A DNA stretch of 64,000 nucleotides from an uncultured Bacteroidales bacterium (GTDB lineage: Bacteria; Bacteroidota; Bacteroidia; Bacteroidales; CAYVNP01): the NCBI GenBank assembly GCA_964452905.1, contig CAYVNP010000015.1:785-64784 (forward strand), given 5' to 3'. Below the pieces are notes generated by a model. The model searched no databases, was not told where the DNA came from, and saw only the letters and a program-made list of their open reading frames with translations. This document shows positions 9,115 through 18,264 of the stretch, one piece after another; positions within the stretch are counted from its first letter, which is position 1; every line of letters starts with the position of its first letter. A program made the translations under genes and the position numbers.

Positions 9115-10602
9115 TCAGAATATCATTTTATCACAAAAAATATTCTGAAAATCCGAATCAGATTCAAGAGAAATATGTTTTGATTTTAAAAGAATATTTT
9201 CAATTATTTTTTCATCTTCAAACAAAAACATTTTAGCTCCCATCAACGCACTGTTGCTTAGTTTAATAATTTTTTCTGCTGGAAAATCAAGCATTCCGAT
9301 TTGAATCGTATGGTGAATGTCAATATAATTTCCAAATCCTCCGGCAATATACACTTTAGAAATTTCATCCCTCGTTATCTTAAAAAAATTCATCAATATT
9401 TGCAAACCTGCAGCTATTGCAGCTTTGGCAAGCTGAAATTCACGAATGTCACTCTGCGATATATATATAGGATCATCAATGATTATCTTCGATTCATCCG
9501 AAATAATTTTCCCACCTGCATCAATCAATCCGGTTTTAACACAAACAGCAATGGCATCAATCAATCCGCTACCACAAATACCACGCGGTTTTTCATTACC
9601 TATCACATGGCAATTCAATTGTCCAATCTTCGATGTAACAGATGAAATGGCTCCGGTTACAGCACGCATACCCAGAGAAATATTCGTTCCTTCAAATGCC
9701 GGACCGGCTGCTGTAGATGCACAAATTATATGATCTTTATTTCCTAAAACGATTTCACCATTTGTGCCAAGGTCAATCAATACCTGATATTGTTCACTTT
9801 CGTGAATCTTAGCTGCTCTGATTCCGGCTAATATATCACTCCCTACAAAACTTCCTATGGACGGCATAAAACGGATGATTGCATCCTGATTAATATTCCA
9901 TCCCAGTTCTTCAGGTGAAAACCGTTTCAACGACGGATCATTTGATTCAAAAGGATAAGTAGCTAACGTTGTCAGATTGATCCCGCAAAAAATATGATGC
10001 ATGACTGAATTTCCCACCAAAATCACATCTTCAATTTGAATGTTGTGATCAATCAACAATTCAGCTATCTGATGTCCTATGAACTCTCTCACAAGGTGAG
10101 TCAAGTATTTTGCATTTTTCTCATCACGGAGAGCAAACTCAATTCTCGACATGACATCAGCTCCAAAGCGTGATTGCGGGTTGATCCCCGTTTGTACATT
10201 TAAAATAGTTCCATTAGACAAATCAAGCAGTTGAGATACAATCGTGGTGGTGCCAAGGTCAACAGCAATGCCAAATCCGGAACGGGGTTTGAAATCAAAA
10301 TGAGAATTATCGGCAAGTATAATGGTTTCCCATTGATTTATTTCAATCACAAGATGATCGTTGACTGAGCTATAGCAAGCCAACCGCCATTCTTCAGATA
10401 ATTCATTTTTAGATAATGCAACTCTGTGTTCGTCTGAAAGTGGAATATCTCCTTTTAATAATTTCACCTTACACCCTCCGCAAGTTCCAAGTCCTCCACA
10501 AGGAAATTCAACACCATATTCATGGATGACATCCATCAACGGAGTACCGGAATTTACCAGAAAAGAAATACCTATTGGTTCAAGACGAACATTAAATTTC
10601 AT
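9115..10602 (-). CDS. ASKHA-domain [2Fe-2S] protein (DUF4445; RACE/RACo-type reductive activator of corrinoid proteins)
   Basis: N-terminal ferredoxin CGGLGTCGGC...RLAC; ASKHA motifs AVDLGTTT, IDLGTNGE, AAGPAFEG, GICGSG. Confidence 0.88.
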   Translation of the reverse strand: MKFNVRLEPIGISFLVNSGTPLMDVIHEYGVEFPCGGLGTCGGCKVKLLKGDIPLSDEHRVALSKNELSEEWRLACYSSVNDHLVIEINQWETIILADNSHFDFKPRSGFGIAVDLGTTTIVSQLLDLSNGTILNVQTGINPQSRFGADVMSRIEFALRDEKNAKYLTHLVREFIGHQIAELLIDHNIQIEDVILVGNSVMHHIFCGINLTTLATYPFESNDPSLKRFSPEELGWNINQDAIIRFMPSIGSFVGSDILAGIRAAKIHESEQYQVLIDLGTNGEIVLGNKDHIICASTAAGPAFEGTNISLGMRAVTGAISSVTSKIGQLNCHVIGNEKPRGICGSGLIDAIAVCVKTGLIDAGGKIISDESKIIIDDPIYISQSDIREFQLAKAAIAAGLQILMNFFKITRDEISKVYIAGGFGNYIDIHHTIQIGMLDFPAEKIIKLSNSALMGAKMFLFEDEKIIENILLKSKHISLESDSDFQNIFCDKMIF

Positions 10603-10667
10603 TTAGAATAGAAATTAAAATAAGTGAAGCAATTTAAAAAAATTAATGTTCAGTCTGTAAAAAAACA

Positions 10668-11495
10668 TTATCTCGGCAAACGGCAATGAAAACAATCATT
10701 GATCAGATGATCACTCATCCCCATGCTGGAGAAGCCGCCATCATGATATAAATTCTGCATGGTCACTTTTTTGGTTAGATCTGAAAACAATGTTATACAA
10801 TAATCTGCGCATTCCAAACCGGTGGCATTTCCGAGTGGAGACATGCATTCGGAATAACAATAAAAAGATTCAAATCCTTTTATCCCCGAACTGGCAATGG
10901 TTTTGGTAGGAGATTGTGAAACTGTATTGATCCTTACTTTTTTATCCATCCCATAACGATAACCAAAACTTCTCGCAACGGATTCAAGCATTGCTTTGGC
11001 TTCAGCCATATCACTGTAAGTTCCCAAGGTACGTTGAGCAGCAATGTAAGATAACGCCACAACCGATGCATATTCATTTAAGGCGTCTAATTTTTTTGCA
11101 GTTTGTAAAACTTTATGAAGTGATAAAGCAGAAATATCTATCGTTTTCATAAAATTATCGTAATTGAGATCATCATAAGGCAAATTCTTTCTTACATTGG
11201 GAGACATTGCCACTGAATGCAAAATAAAATCAATCGGCCCGTTCAGTTTTTTCATGCTTTCTTTGAAAAGATTTTCCAGATCGTCAAGACTGGTCACATC
11301 AGCAGCAATGATCATGCTATTGCATTTTTCAGCTAATTTGTTGATATCCCCTTTACGGATAGCCAATTCCGAATTGGTTAAAACAATCTCTGCACCTTCT
11401 TCATAAGCTCTCTCAGCCACTTTCCACGCAATAGAGTCTTCATCCAGTGCCCCAAAAATGATTCCTTTTTTCCCTTTTAAAAGATTATATGACAT
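10668..11495 (-). CDS. fabI: Enoyl-ACP reductase (NADH)
   Basis: MSYNLLKGKKGIIFGALDEDSIAWKVAE, YSDMAEAK (YxxMxxxK), TMQNLYHDGG: Bacteroidetes FabI. Confidence 0.92.
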   Translation of the reverse strand: MSYNLLKGKKGIIFGALDEDSIAWKVAERAYEEGAEIVLTNSELAIRKGDINKLAEKCNSMIIAADVTSLDDLENLFKESMKKLNGPIDFILHSVAMSPNVRKNLPYDDLNYDNFMKTIDISALSLHKVLQTAKKLDALNEYASVVALSYIAAQRTLGTYSDMAEAKAMLESVARSFGYRYGMDKKVRINTVSQSPTKTIASSGIKGFESFYCYSECMSPLGNATGLECADYCITLFSDLTKKVTMQNLYHDGGFSSMGMSDHLINDCFHCRLPR

Positions 11496-11566
11496 AAATT
11501 TTAATTTAAAAATTAAGCAAAATTAAATTAATTGTAAGCGTAGATATTAAAAAATGATAAATATCA

Positions 11567-12736
11567 TCATTCCACTTCGAGCACCAAACCTTTGAGGTAC
11601 TCACCTTCCGGATGATAAATAGAAACAGGATGATCAGGTGATTGTGCAAGATGATGCAGCACTCTGACTTTTCGTCCGGCAATAATGGAGGCGGCTGTGA
11701 TCGTGTTGTAAAACAAATCACGTGATATAACTTGTGAACAGGAAAAAGTAAAAATAATTCCTCCTTTTGAAATATTACTGATTGCAAGTGCATTCAAGCG
11801 TCTGTATCCTTTCATTGCCTGATGTTTGGCATTAAGATGTTTGGCAAATGCAGGCGGATCAAGTATGATGAGATTGTATTGATCTTTACTTCTTCCGAGA
11901 AAATCGAATACATCTTCCGTATACGAGTGATGATTAACAGTTGAAGAAAAGTTCAACATCACATTCTCATCGGTCATTTTCATGGCTGATGCAGAAGCAT
12001 CAACAGAATCAACCTGTTTTGCACCCGCCTTCAAAGCATAAATCGAAAAACCACCCGTATAACAAAACGTATTCAACACATTTTTTTCAGAAGCATATTT
12101 CATTAACAGTTGCCTGTTGTCACGCTGATCAATAAAAAAACCGGTCTTCTGTCCTTCAATCCAGTTCACTTGAAAAGAATGTCCATTCTCAATAACAGTT
12201 ACCGGTACAGAAGAATTCCCAAATAAATATTCATCATTTGATTTATCGTTTTCCGATTTAAAATAGACTGCTTGAATATCATGCTGAAAAACATCATGCA
12301 ATGCCTTGGCAATTATTTTCCTATCCTGCTGCATACCGGCAGAATGTGCCTGGATCACTGCAACGTGATCATATACATCAATGATCAATCCGGGCAAACC
12401 ATCTCCTTCCCCATGTACCAAGCGATACACATTGGTAAAATCTTTTTTGAAAACACCAATGTTTTTTCGTAGAGCCATTGACTCGGTTATTTTATTTTTC
12501 CAGAAATTTAAATCAGGAACAACTTTTTCAAAGGATAAAATTCTGACAGCAATTGAACCGTTTTGATAATGTCCGGCGCCTAAAAATTTTCCTGCGTGGT
12601 CAAGTACATTCACCCAATCGCCTGAATTAACAGTTGTTTCAAAACGATCTATTGCACCAGAAAACACCCATGGATGAAAACGAAGTAAAGAGTGTTCTTT
12701 CCCTTTTTTTAAAAAAATATGATGCTTAATTTCCAT
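11567..12736 (-). CDS. rlmI: 23S rRNA m5C1962-type class I SAM methyltransferase (RlmI family)
   Basis: PUA-like HPWVFSGA, GEGDGLPGL, GQKTGFFIDQRDNR, ILDPPAF, EGEYLK. Confidence 0.9.
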   Translation of the reverse strand: MEIKHHIFLKKGKEHSLLRFHPWVFSGAIDRFETTVNSGDWVNVLDHAGKFLGAGHYQNGSIAVRILSFEKVVPDLNFWKNKITESMALRKNIGVFKKDFTNVYRLVHGEGDGLPGLIIDVYDHVAVIQAHSAGMQQDRKIIAKALHDVFQHDIQAVYFKSENDKSNDEYLFGNSSVPVTVIENGHSFQVNWIEGQKTGFFIDQRDNRQLLMKYASEKNVLNTFCYTGGFSIYALKAGAKQVDSVDASASAMKMTDENVMLNFSSTVNHHSYTEDVFDFLGRSKDQYNLIILDPPAFAKHLNAKHQAMKGYRRLNALAISNISKGGIIFTFSCSQVISRDLFYNTITAASIIAGRKVRVLHHLAQSPDHPVSIYHPEGEYLKGLVLEVE

Positions 12737-12740
12737 CAGT

Positions 12741-13787
12741 TTATAACTGAATCACTTTGATGCCCGGAATAGAAGACTGGATAGGAATAGTATTAATGCT
12801 TTTAGCACCGAGTTTTGCAAGTTCATAACGGATACGCGCCAAAGGTTCAGAAATATTATCGGTATCCACTTGTATATTATATTCGGTGTATTCTTTGCCT
12901 TTATTGACAGTAGGTTCATCAGCAAATAAATTTTTCGCAGCAAGATATTTTTCAATTTCCCCAACATTATGATTCGGCACATTGAATAAAATCATCACTT
13001 TGTTTTCCGCATTAATGGAGCCGTAAAGGTTCAATAAAAACATATTCAGTAACTCATTTTTCTCTTTGTTTTTAATTACTTCAGGATTGATCCAAATACT
13101 TGTTTGAGAATCCATGATCGTATCAATGATCTTTAATCCGTAATTTTTGATCGCACTTCCCGATTGTGTAATCTCAAGTCCGATGTCAGCTCCGCCATTC
13201 TTGACCTTCGCTTCGGTTTTCCCCCATGTTTCAAAGATCAAAATGCCGGATTTTATTTTTGAAGGTGTTTTATATTTTTGAACAGAATAATTTTTAAACT
13301 TTTCTGCCAGACCGATTTTCTTTAATTTGTTTTGCAACCAATCCAGTGCGAGGTAAGGCATTTCCGAAACAACAGTAATTAAATCTTTATGTGATGCAAT
13401 ATCTTTCAGGAAATCCTCAACTGTATTGAATTTATCTGAATTAACAATACCAACAATCCGAACGCCACCACGGTTTAATGCCATGATTCGTTTCAGATTT
13501 ATGTCAGTCTGATATTCCAGTTTAAGTTCGATCATCCGTTCACGGATCCAGTCATCACCGGCAATTGCAACGTCAATTTCATTGATCTCAAGCTGTGAAC
13601 CGAATTCCTGTGGTCTGCCATCCCACCCATACAAATAGTTTACGGTCACAAATTTTGTCGGTCCCCCTTTATCATACCCTGATGTTTTGAAACCGCTTTT
13701 ATCTAATAATTCGATCAGATTTCCTCCACGTTGTGAATTAGCCAAAGAACCTGCAGGCATTCCGATTTTTAGAACTGATTGATCCAT
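12741..13787 (-). CDS. hisG: Divergent long-form ATP phosphoribosyltransferase (HisG-like)
   Basis: KIGMPAGSL, GRPQEF, DVAIAGDDW, TWGKTEAK, EITQSGSAIKNYGL map onto HisG motifs (PKGSL, RPQEI, DxGITGxDW, SWGATEAK, DITETGSTL); has a C-terminal regulatory-like domain; adjacent to hisI. Confidence 0.75.
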   Translation of the reverse strand: MDQSVLKIGMPAGSLANSQRGGNLIELLDKSGFKTSGYDKGGPTKFVTVNYLYGWDGRPQEFGSQLEINEIDVAIAGDDWIRERMIELKLEYQTDINLKRIMALNRGGVRIVGIVNSDKFNTVEDFLKDIASHKDLITVVSEMPYLALDWLQNKLKKIGLAEKFKNYSVQKYKTPSKIKSGILIFETWGKTEAKVKNGGADIGLEITQSGSAIKNYGLKIIDTIMDSQTSIWINPEVIKNKEKNELLNMFLLNLYGSINAENKVMILFNVPNHNVGEIEKYLAAKNLFADEPTVNKGKEYTEYNIQVDTDNISEPLARIRYELAKLGAKSINTIPIQSSIPGIKVIQL

Positions 13788-13814
13788 TTTTTATATATGT
13801 AATTTTCTATACTA

Positions 13815-14204
13815 TTATTTTTCTACAATCTCCAATGTGTCATCATGGTTGATTTTTCTGTAATAACAGGACTTATAAGGCATTTTAGTTTCATTTTGAG
13901 CATGGCAAGCGCCTTTACCCTGAGGAATCACCAAATACAATAATGAATTCTGTTCGCAATTGATCCTGATCTCAACTACCTTCAACATATCACCTGATGT
14001 CAATCCTTTTTTCCAGAGTTCGTTTCTGCTACGACTCCAGTAAGTAGCATAACCACTTTTACGTGTTTCATCAAATGCCTGTTGATTTACAAAAGAGAGT
14101 ATCAACACTTCTTTTGTATTATAATCCTGTGTAACAACAGGTATAAGTTTGGTCTCATCAGTTCCAAAATCAAGCAGTAATTCGGAGGTATATTCTTTGC
14201 TCAT
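13815..14204 (-). CDS. hisI: Phosphoribosyl-AMP cyclohydrolase (HisI) family protein, stand-alone variant
   Basis: LIPVVTQD, YWSRSRNELWKKGLTSG, GACH...SCYYR; the canonical DCDxD reads NCEQN here. Confidence 0.85.
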   Translation of the reverse strand: MSKEYTSELLLDFGTDETKLIPVVTQDYNTKEVLILSFVNQQAFDETRKSGYATYWSRSRNELWKKGLTSGDMLKVVEIRINCEQNSLLYLVIPQGKGACHAQNETKMPYKSCYYRKINHDDTLEIVEK

Positions 14205-14226
14205 TTTTTTACCTATTTCAGGGTTG

Positions 14227-14234
14227 CAAAGTTA
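14227..14234 (-). promoter_or_regulatory. -7 promoter box for hisI-hisG
   Basis: TAACTTTG on the minus strand, 22 nt upstream of the hisI ATG. Confidence 0.55.
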
Positions 14235-14235
14235 A

Positions 14236-15714
14236 TTAAAATTCAAGATAAACAAAGGGTAATGAATCGGAAGAATATATCTGATAGATAAATATTATCA
14301 CAAAAAATAAAATGATAGCTTTAATTGTCCAATGCAATTTTATAAAATTTAATGTCAAAACTTGATTCCATTTCATGGGAGTATAATGCAATAGATATGC
14401 AAAAACCATAACCAAAAGAGGATAGAAATAGATACGACTCCAGGAAGAAATTACATTCAAATTTAAATGAGTAACTATACGTTCATACATTTCAAATGCA
14501 TTGGAAATAGACGAAGAACGGAAAAGGATTATTGTCAGAGCTAAATAGTTAAGCGTTATAAATATACTAAAAATCTTATATGCAAATGAATTGACTTTAT
14601 GTAAAATTTTTATTCTCACATCACGGGTGATTGCTTCAAATACCATGGCAAACCCATGCGAAAAGCCCCAAAGAACAAAGGTCCAATTGGGTCCATGCCA
14701 TAAACCTGAAATAAAAAAAGTGATCAGCACCGCCATGATTGCACCAACGAGTTTCTTTTTCCTGAATGAATAAAATAAAGGATAAAACAGATAATCACTC
14801 ATCCAGCCGGATAATGTTATATGCCATCTACGCCAGAATTCGGTAATGTTTTGAGCAAGAAAAGGTTTATTAAAATTCGGTTTCAACGTAAATCCCAGAA
14901 GAAGAGCAATACCGATCACCAAGTCGGTATACCCTGAAAAATCACAGTAAATTTGAATAAGCGCTCCATACCCTGCCATCAAATTCTCAAACCCACTGAA
15001 AAATGAAGGAGAATCAAAAACTCTGTCAATAAAATTTATTGCCAAAAAATCAGCAAGAACTACTTTTTTAAAAATGCCTGTCATGATCAGAAAAAAACCT
15101 CTACCGATTTGTTCATCTGTCAAATTCAATCTTGAATTCAATTGCGGTAAGAGGTCGCGGGCTTTGGAAATCGGTCCTGCAAGTATATTTGGAAAAAAAG
15201 AAACATATAACAGATAATTGATATAATTACTTTCCGGTTGACGGATCGTTTCACGATAAATATCAAAAATATATGTCAGACTTTTAAATACAAAATAAGA
15301 TATTCCAATCGGCAATACAATTTTTTCCATAAATGAATGAGCCGGTATCTCATTGAAACCGAATGTATGCAATAAAAATCCAGAATATTTGAAATAAGCT
15401 AAATACCCAATATTGACTGCCAATGATACAAAAAGGAGAATTTTTTTCTTGGCATTGGATTGGAGATAAAATATCCATATGCCTATAAAATAATCAATGG
15501 TCGCAATCAGGATCAGAATCAATACGAACAACCCACTCACCTTATAATAAAAATACAAACTAAAAAAAAGTAAAAACAAATTTCTCAGCCGAACATGTTT
15601 AAATGCAAAAAAATAGAATATATAAAAAATACTGAAAAGCAGAATGAACAATACTGAATTGTATTGTAACGGATTCAAATGATTAAAAAACAAAGACTCA
15701 AAAAAACCGGTCAT
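14236..15714 (-). CDS. MBOAT family O-acyltransferase (AlgI/PatA/DltB-like)
   Basis: Polytopic; LPIGISYFVF, FFPNILAGPI, QIYCDFSGYTD, FWRRWHITLS and catalytic ISGLWHG. Confidence 0.93.
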   Translation of the reverse strand: MTGFFESLFFNHLNPLQYNSVLFILLFSIFYIFYFFAFKHVRLRNLFLLFFSLYFYYKVSGLFVLILILIATIDYFIGIWIFYLQSNAKKKILLFVSLAVNIGYLAYFKYSGFLLHTFGFNEIPAHSFMEKIVLPIGISYFVFKSLTYIFDIYRETIRQPESNYINYLLYVSFFPNILAGPISKARDLLPQLNSRLNLTDEQIGRGFFLIMTGIFKKVVLADFLAINFIDRVFDSPSFFSGFENLMAGYGALIQIYCDFSGYTDLVIGIALLLGFTLKPNFNKPFLAQNITEFWRRWHITLSGWMSDYLFYPLFYSFRKKKLVGAIMAVLITFFISGLWHGPNWTFVLWGFSHGFAMVFEAITRDVRIKILHKVNSFAYKIFSIFITLNYLALTIILFRSSSISNAFEMYERIVTHLNLNVISSWSRIYFYPLLVMVFAYLLHYTPMKWNQVLTLNFIKLHWTIKAIILFFVIIFIYQIYSSDSLPFVYLEF

Positions 15715-17192
15715 TTTATTAATTTATCTTTTGTTGTAACCAATTTATTTTTTTTCTGACGATATAAAAACGTATGATATTCAGTCATGATCGAGTTAAA
15801 TAATTCACCTGCAATGATCGGCTGTCCTTTAGGTGTGAAATGTCCATTCTTGGATGCAAAACCTTTTTCTGTCATGGTGAGGATTGAACCAGGGCCACCC
15901 ATCATTTCATATAGATCCCAGTAGGCAGCACCTGCCCGGATTGCAGCTCTTTTCTGTGCTTCTTTGATTTGGAATATAAAAGGGTATGACTGATCCTGCC
16001 CGTTTTTTACATTCACCATATCTCCTGCACCGATCACCAGCAATGACAGATTGGGACAGGCAGTTTTGAATTTCATGAAGACATCATAATAAATCTTTTC
16101 AAATCTTTTACATTCAGTTTCAGAATTGATATAAGGAACTACGTTTGCACCAAATTGCAGAATAACCAACTTCGTATTCAGCCGTTTGAGTTGTACACCC
16201 AGATAGTCTGTATTCATAGTTAATATTTTATCGCCTGAATGACCTCTGATTGAAAAATTGTCTATCTGTACACCTTTGGGACCATCTATCAAAAAGCCAT
16301 ATAAATCGGGGTTTCCACGAACAATAAAATCAAAATTCAAATGCAATTTATTTGAATTTATTTTTAATTTCTTAATATTAAAATCTTGAGAGACAGGAAT
16401 TATATCTTCTGAAATTTTCGAGGAAGAAATATGATCGAAACTATTAATTTTAAAGGGTGAAGAAGCATTCCCATATAAAAGTGAAATATGATCATACTGA
16501 ACATTTTCATTCAAATCAATCGACAACTTTGCCATAAAATTCTGTGCGGCTGCTTCCATATGACCGTACGTAGAACCGATGATATTGAATACCTGCCCGG
16601 ATAATCCGTAATAAGAACTCTTGAAGTGAGCATTAAAAATGGTATATCTGAGCCAGTTTGAACTGAACTCTCTTTGAAGTTGCATATGAGAAGTAATATC
16701 CGTAAAAGGGACATATCCGATACCGCTGCCGCCAAATTCCTTTTGGAACAAGGTTCTCAAGAAACAGGTCAGCCGGTCACCTTCAATTTGTGAATCACCA
16801 TAATGAGCGATACGAATAGTCGTGGTATCATTCAGTTCTGTTATCGCATTAAAAAAATTATCTAACGCAAATACGTCAGTAGCTGTTTGGGGATTAAAAA
16901 AATATTTTTTGTTAATTCGTTTATCCCCGAATTCTAATTTTTTTCTTTTGAAAAATAAATTAATATCAAATGAATCATTTACCGCATATTGCCTGAAAAA
17001 TTGTTCTGCTTTCGTATTCGTTTTTTGTTTGATACGAAAATCGAAAAGCTGATCAGGAGCAGGAAAACGAATGGAAATTTGTTTATGATTGAAAAAATTA
17101 ATTTTATAGGATGATAGAAAAGATGATGAAACAACTAAAAGTATTTCTAAAAAAAAAAGGATGAGTATACTTTTAAGTAAAGGATCTTTCAT
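15711..17192 (-). CDS. Membrane-anchored SGNH/GDSL acyltransferase-like protein (PatB/AlgJ-like)
   Basis: N-terminal TM segment; HYGDSQIEGD, NFSIRGHSG, LQFGANV, and KNGHF in place of DxxH; 4-nt overlaps with both neighbours. Confidence 0.8.
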   Translation of the reverse strand: MKDPLLKSILILFFLEILLVVSSSFLSSYKINFFNHKQISIRFPAPDQLFDFRIKQKTNTKAEQFFRQYAVNDSFDINLFFKRKKLEFGDKRINKKYFFNPQTATDVFALDNFFNAITELNDTTTIRIAHYGDSQIEGDRLTCFLRTLFQKEFGGSGIGYVPFTDITSHMQLQREFSSNWLRYTIFNAHFKSSYYGLSGQVFNIIGSTYGHMEAAAQNFMAKLSIDLNENVQYDHISLLYGNASSPFKINSFDHISSSKISEDIIPVSQDFNIKKLKINSNKLHLNFDFIVRGNPDLYGFLIDGPKGVQIDNFSIRGHSGDKILTMNTDYLGVQLKRLNTKLVILQFGANVVPYINSETECKRFEKIYYDVFMKFKTACPNLSLLVIGAGDMVNVKNGQDQSYPFIFQIKEAQKRAAIRAGAAYWDLYEMMGGPGSILTMTEKGFASKNGHFTPKGQPIIAGELFNSIMTEYHTFLYRQKKNKLVTTKDKLIK

Positions 17193-17443
17193 GCATTGGA
17201 TTTTAATCCTGTTTTTAATCGGATACCTTGAATCAGGTCGCCAACATTAATCATGGCTATCAATTCTTTTAATTTGAATTTAATACCAAATTCATTTTCA
17301 ACTGCATCGATCATGGTTAAGTGACTAAGCGAATCCCATCGTTCAATATCATTAGCTGTCATTTCATCAAAAACCTCAATGGTTTTATCCTTGAACACCT
17401 CTCTGAATACATGATTCAATCTCAATCTTATCTCATCAGACAT
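17189..17443 (-). CDS. Acyl carrier protein
   Basis: Acidic 84-aa protein with phosphopantetheine site WDSLSH; likely ATG at 17443 (MSDEIRLRLNHVFREVF). Confidence 0.9.
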   Translation of the reverse strand: MSDEIRLRLNHVFREVFKDKTIEVFDEMTANDIERWDSLSHLTMIDAVENEFGIKFKLKELIAMINVGDLIQGIRLKTGLKSNA

Positions 17444-17516
17444 ACATTCAATTTTATAATTCGGTAATAAAAAAATCAGAAGATACAATACAATATCCTG
17501 ACAATTTTTCTCAATT

Positions 17517-17524
17517 CAAAAATA
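17517..17524 (-). promoter_or_regulatory. -7 promoter box upstream of ACP-SGNH-MBOAT
   Basis: TATTTTTG on the minus strand in the GNAT-ACP intergenic gap. Confidence 0.35.
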
Positions 17525-17551
17525 CAAATTAACAATTTCTATTGAGTAAAA

Positions 17552-18238
17552 TTATATATTTTTAATTATTTCGTCAATATTTGCTTCAATCAACATCATC
17601 CGGTCTGATGGAAGAATCTGAAGTATTTCAGGTTGATTGCAGTAAACTTCCTTAACAACCCGGAACCCAAGTTTCCGATGGGCTTTCCATGCCTGTTCAT
17701 TTGATTTCACCATGATGATCTGAGCTTTTCTTAAATTCGGATAATCGTGCAAATAATACTCCAAATGTTTCAACATGATCCGGTTGCTTATTTTTTTACC
17801 TTTAAATTTATCTTTCACCCATGCACACTCAAATTGCAGAGCACCCTTTTCTCTTTCAATAGTCAATAAATTAATCATGTCGGCTTTTTGATTTGCCTTT
17901 AACTGATTCTCCCGAGGAAAAAAATGATAGATCAGGTTGGCTCTGATCAATGAAGAAGATTGCCCTGATTGTCCTTCAATCCATGCAGCACAGGCGCCGG
18001 CAATTTCACCGTTCACTTCTGCGATGCGAAAAGATGACATACATAATTCCTGTCCTTCAATATTTTCAATCAATATATTTCGTAAAATATTCCGGACATC
18101 GGATTCGGATATTTCAAAAATTGTGGAATAGCTTAATTTATTCGTATTGCTTTTTTCAGCATGTATTATTGACTCAATCAAAAAATCAATATCATCTTCA
18201 CGGGCATTCCTTATCAGTATATTTTCAGTCATTCTCAA
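17552..18238 (-). CDS. GNAT family N-acyltransferase
   Basis: IRNAREDDI start, IAEVNGEIAGAC, degenerate motif A (WVKDKFKGKKIS), NEQAWKAHRKLGF. Confidence 0.75.
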   Translation of the reverse strand: MRMTENILIRNAREDDIDFLIESIIHAEKSNTNKLSYSTIFEISESDVRNILRNILIENIEGQELCMSSFRIAEVNGEIAGACAAWIEGQSGQSSSLIRANLIYHFFPRENQLKANQKADMINLLTIEREKGALQFECAWVKDKFKGKKISNRIMLKHLEYYLHDYPNLRKAQIIMVKSNEQAWKAHRKLGFRVVKEVYCNQPEILQILPSDRMMLIEANIDEIIKNI

Positions 18239-18264
18239 AATAACAGATTAGCTCTTCTTGCTTT

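Noticed and set aside
10668-10870. Extra cysteines in the FabI C-terminus (CYSEC, DCFHC) as a metal site
   Set aside because: No recognisable motif and no way to show conservation; likely incidental.
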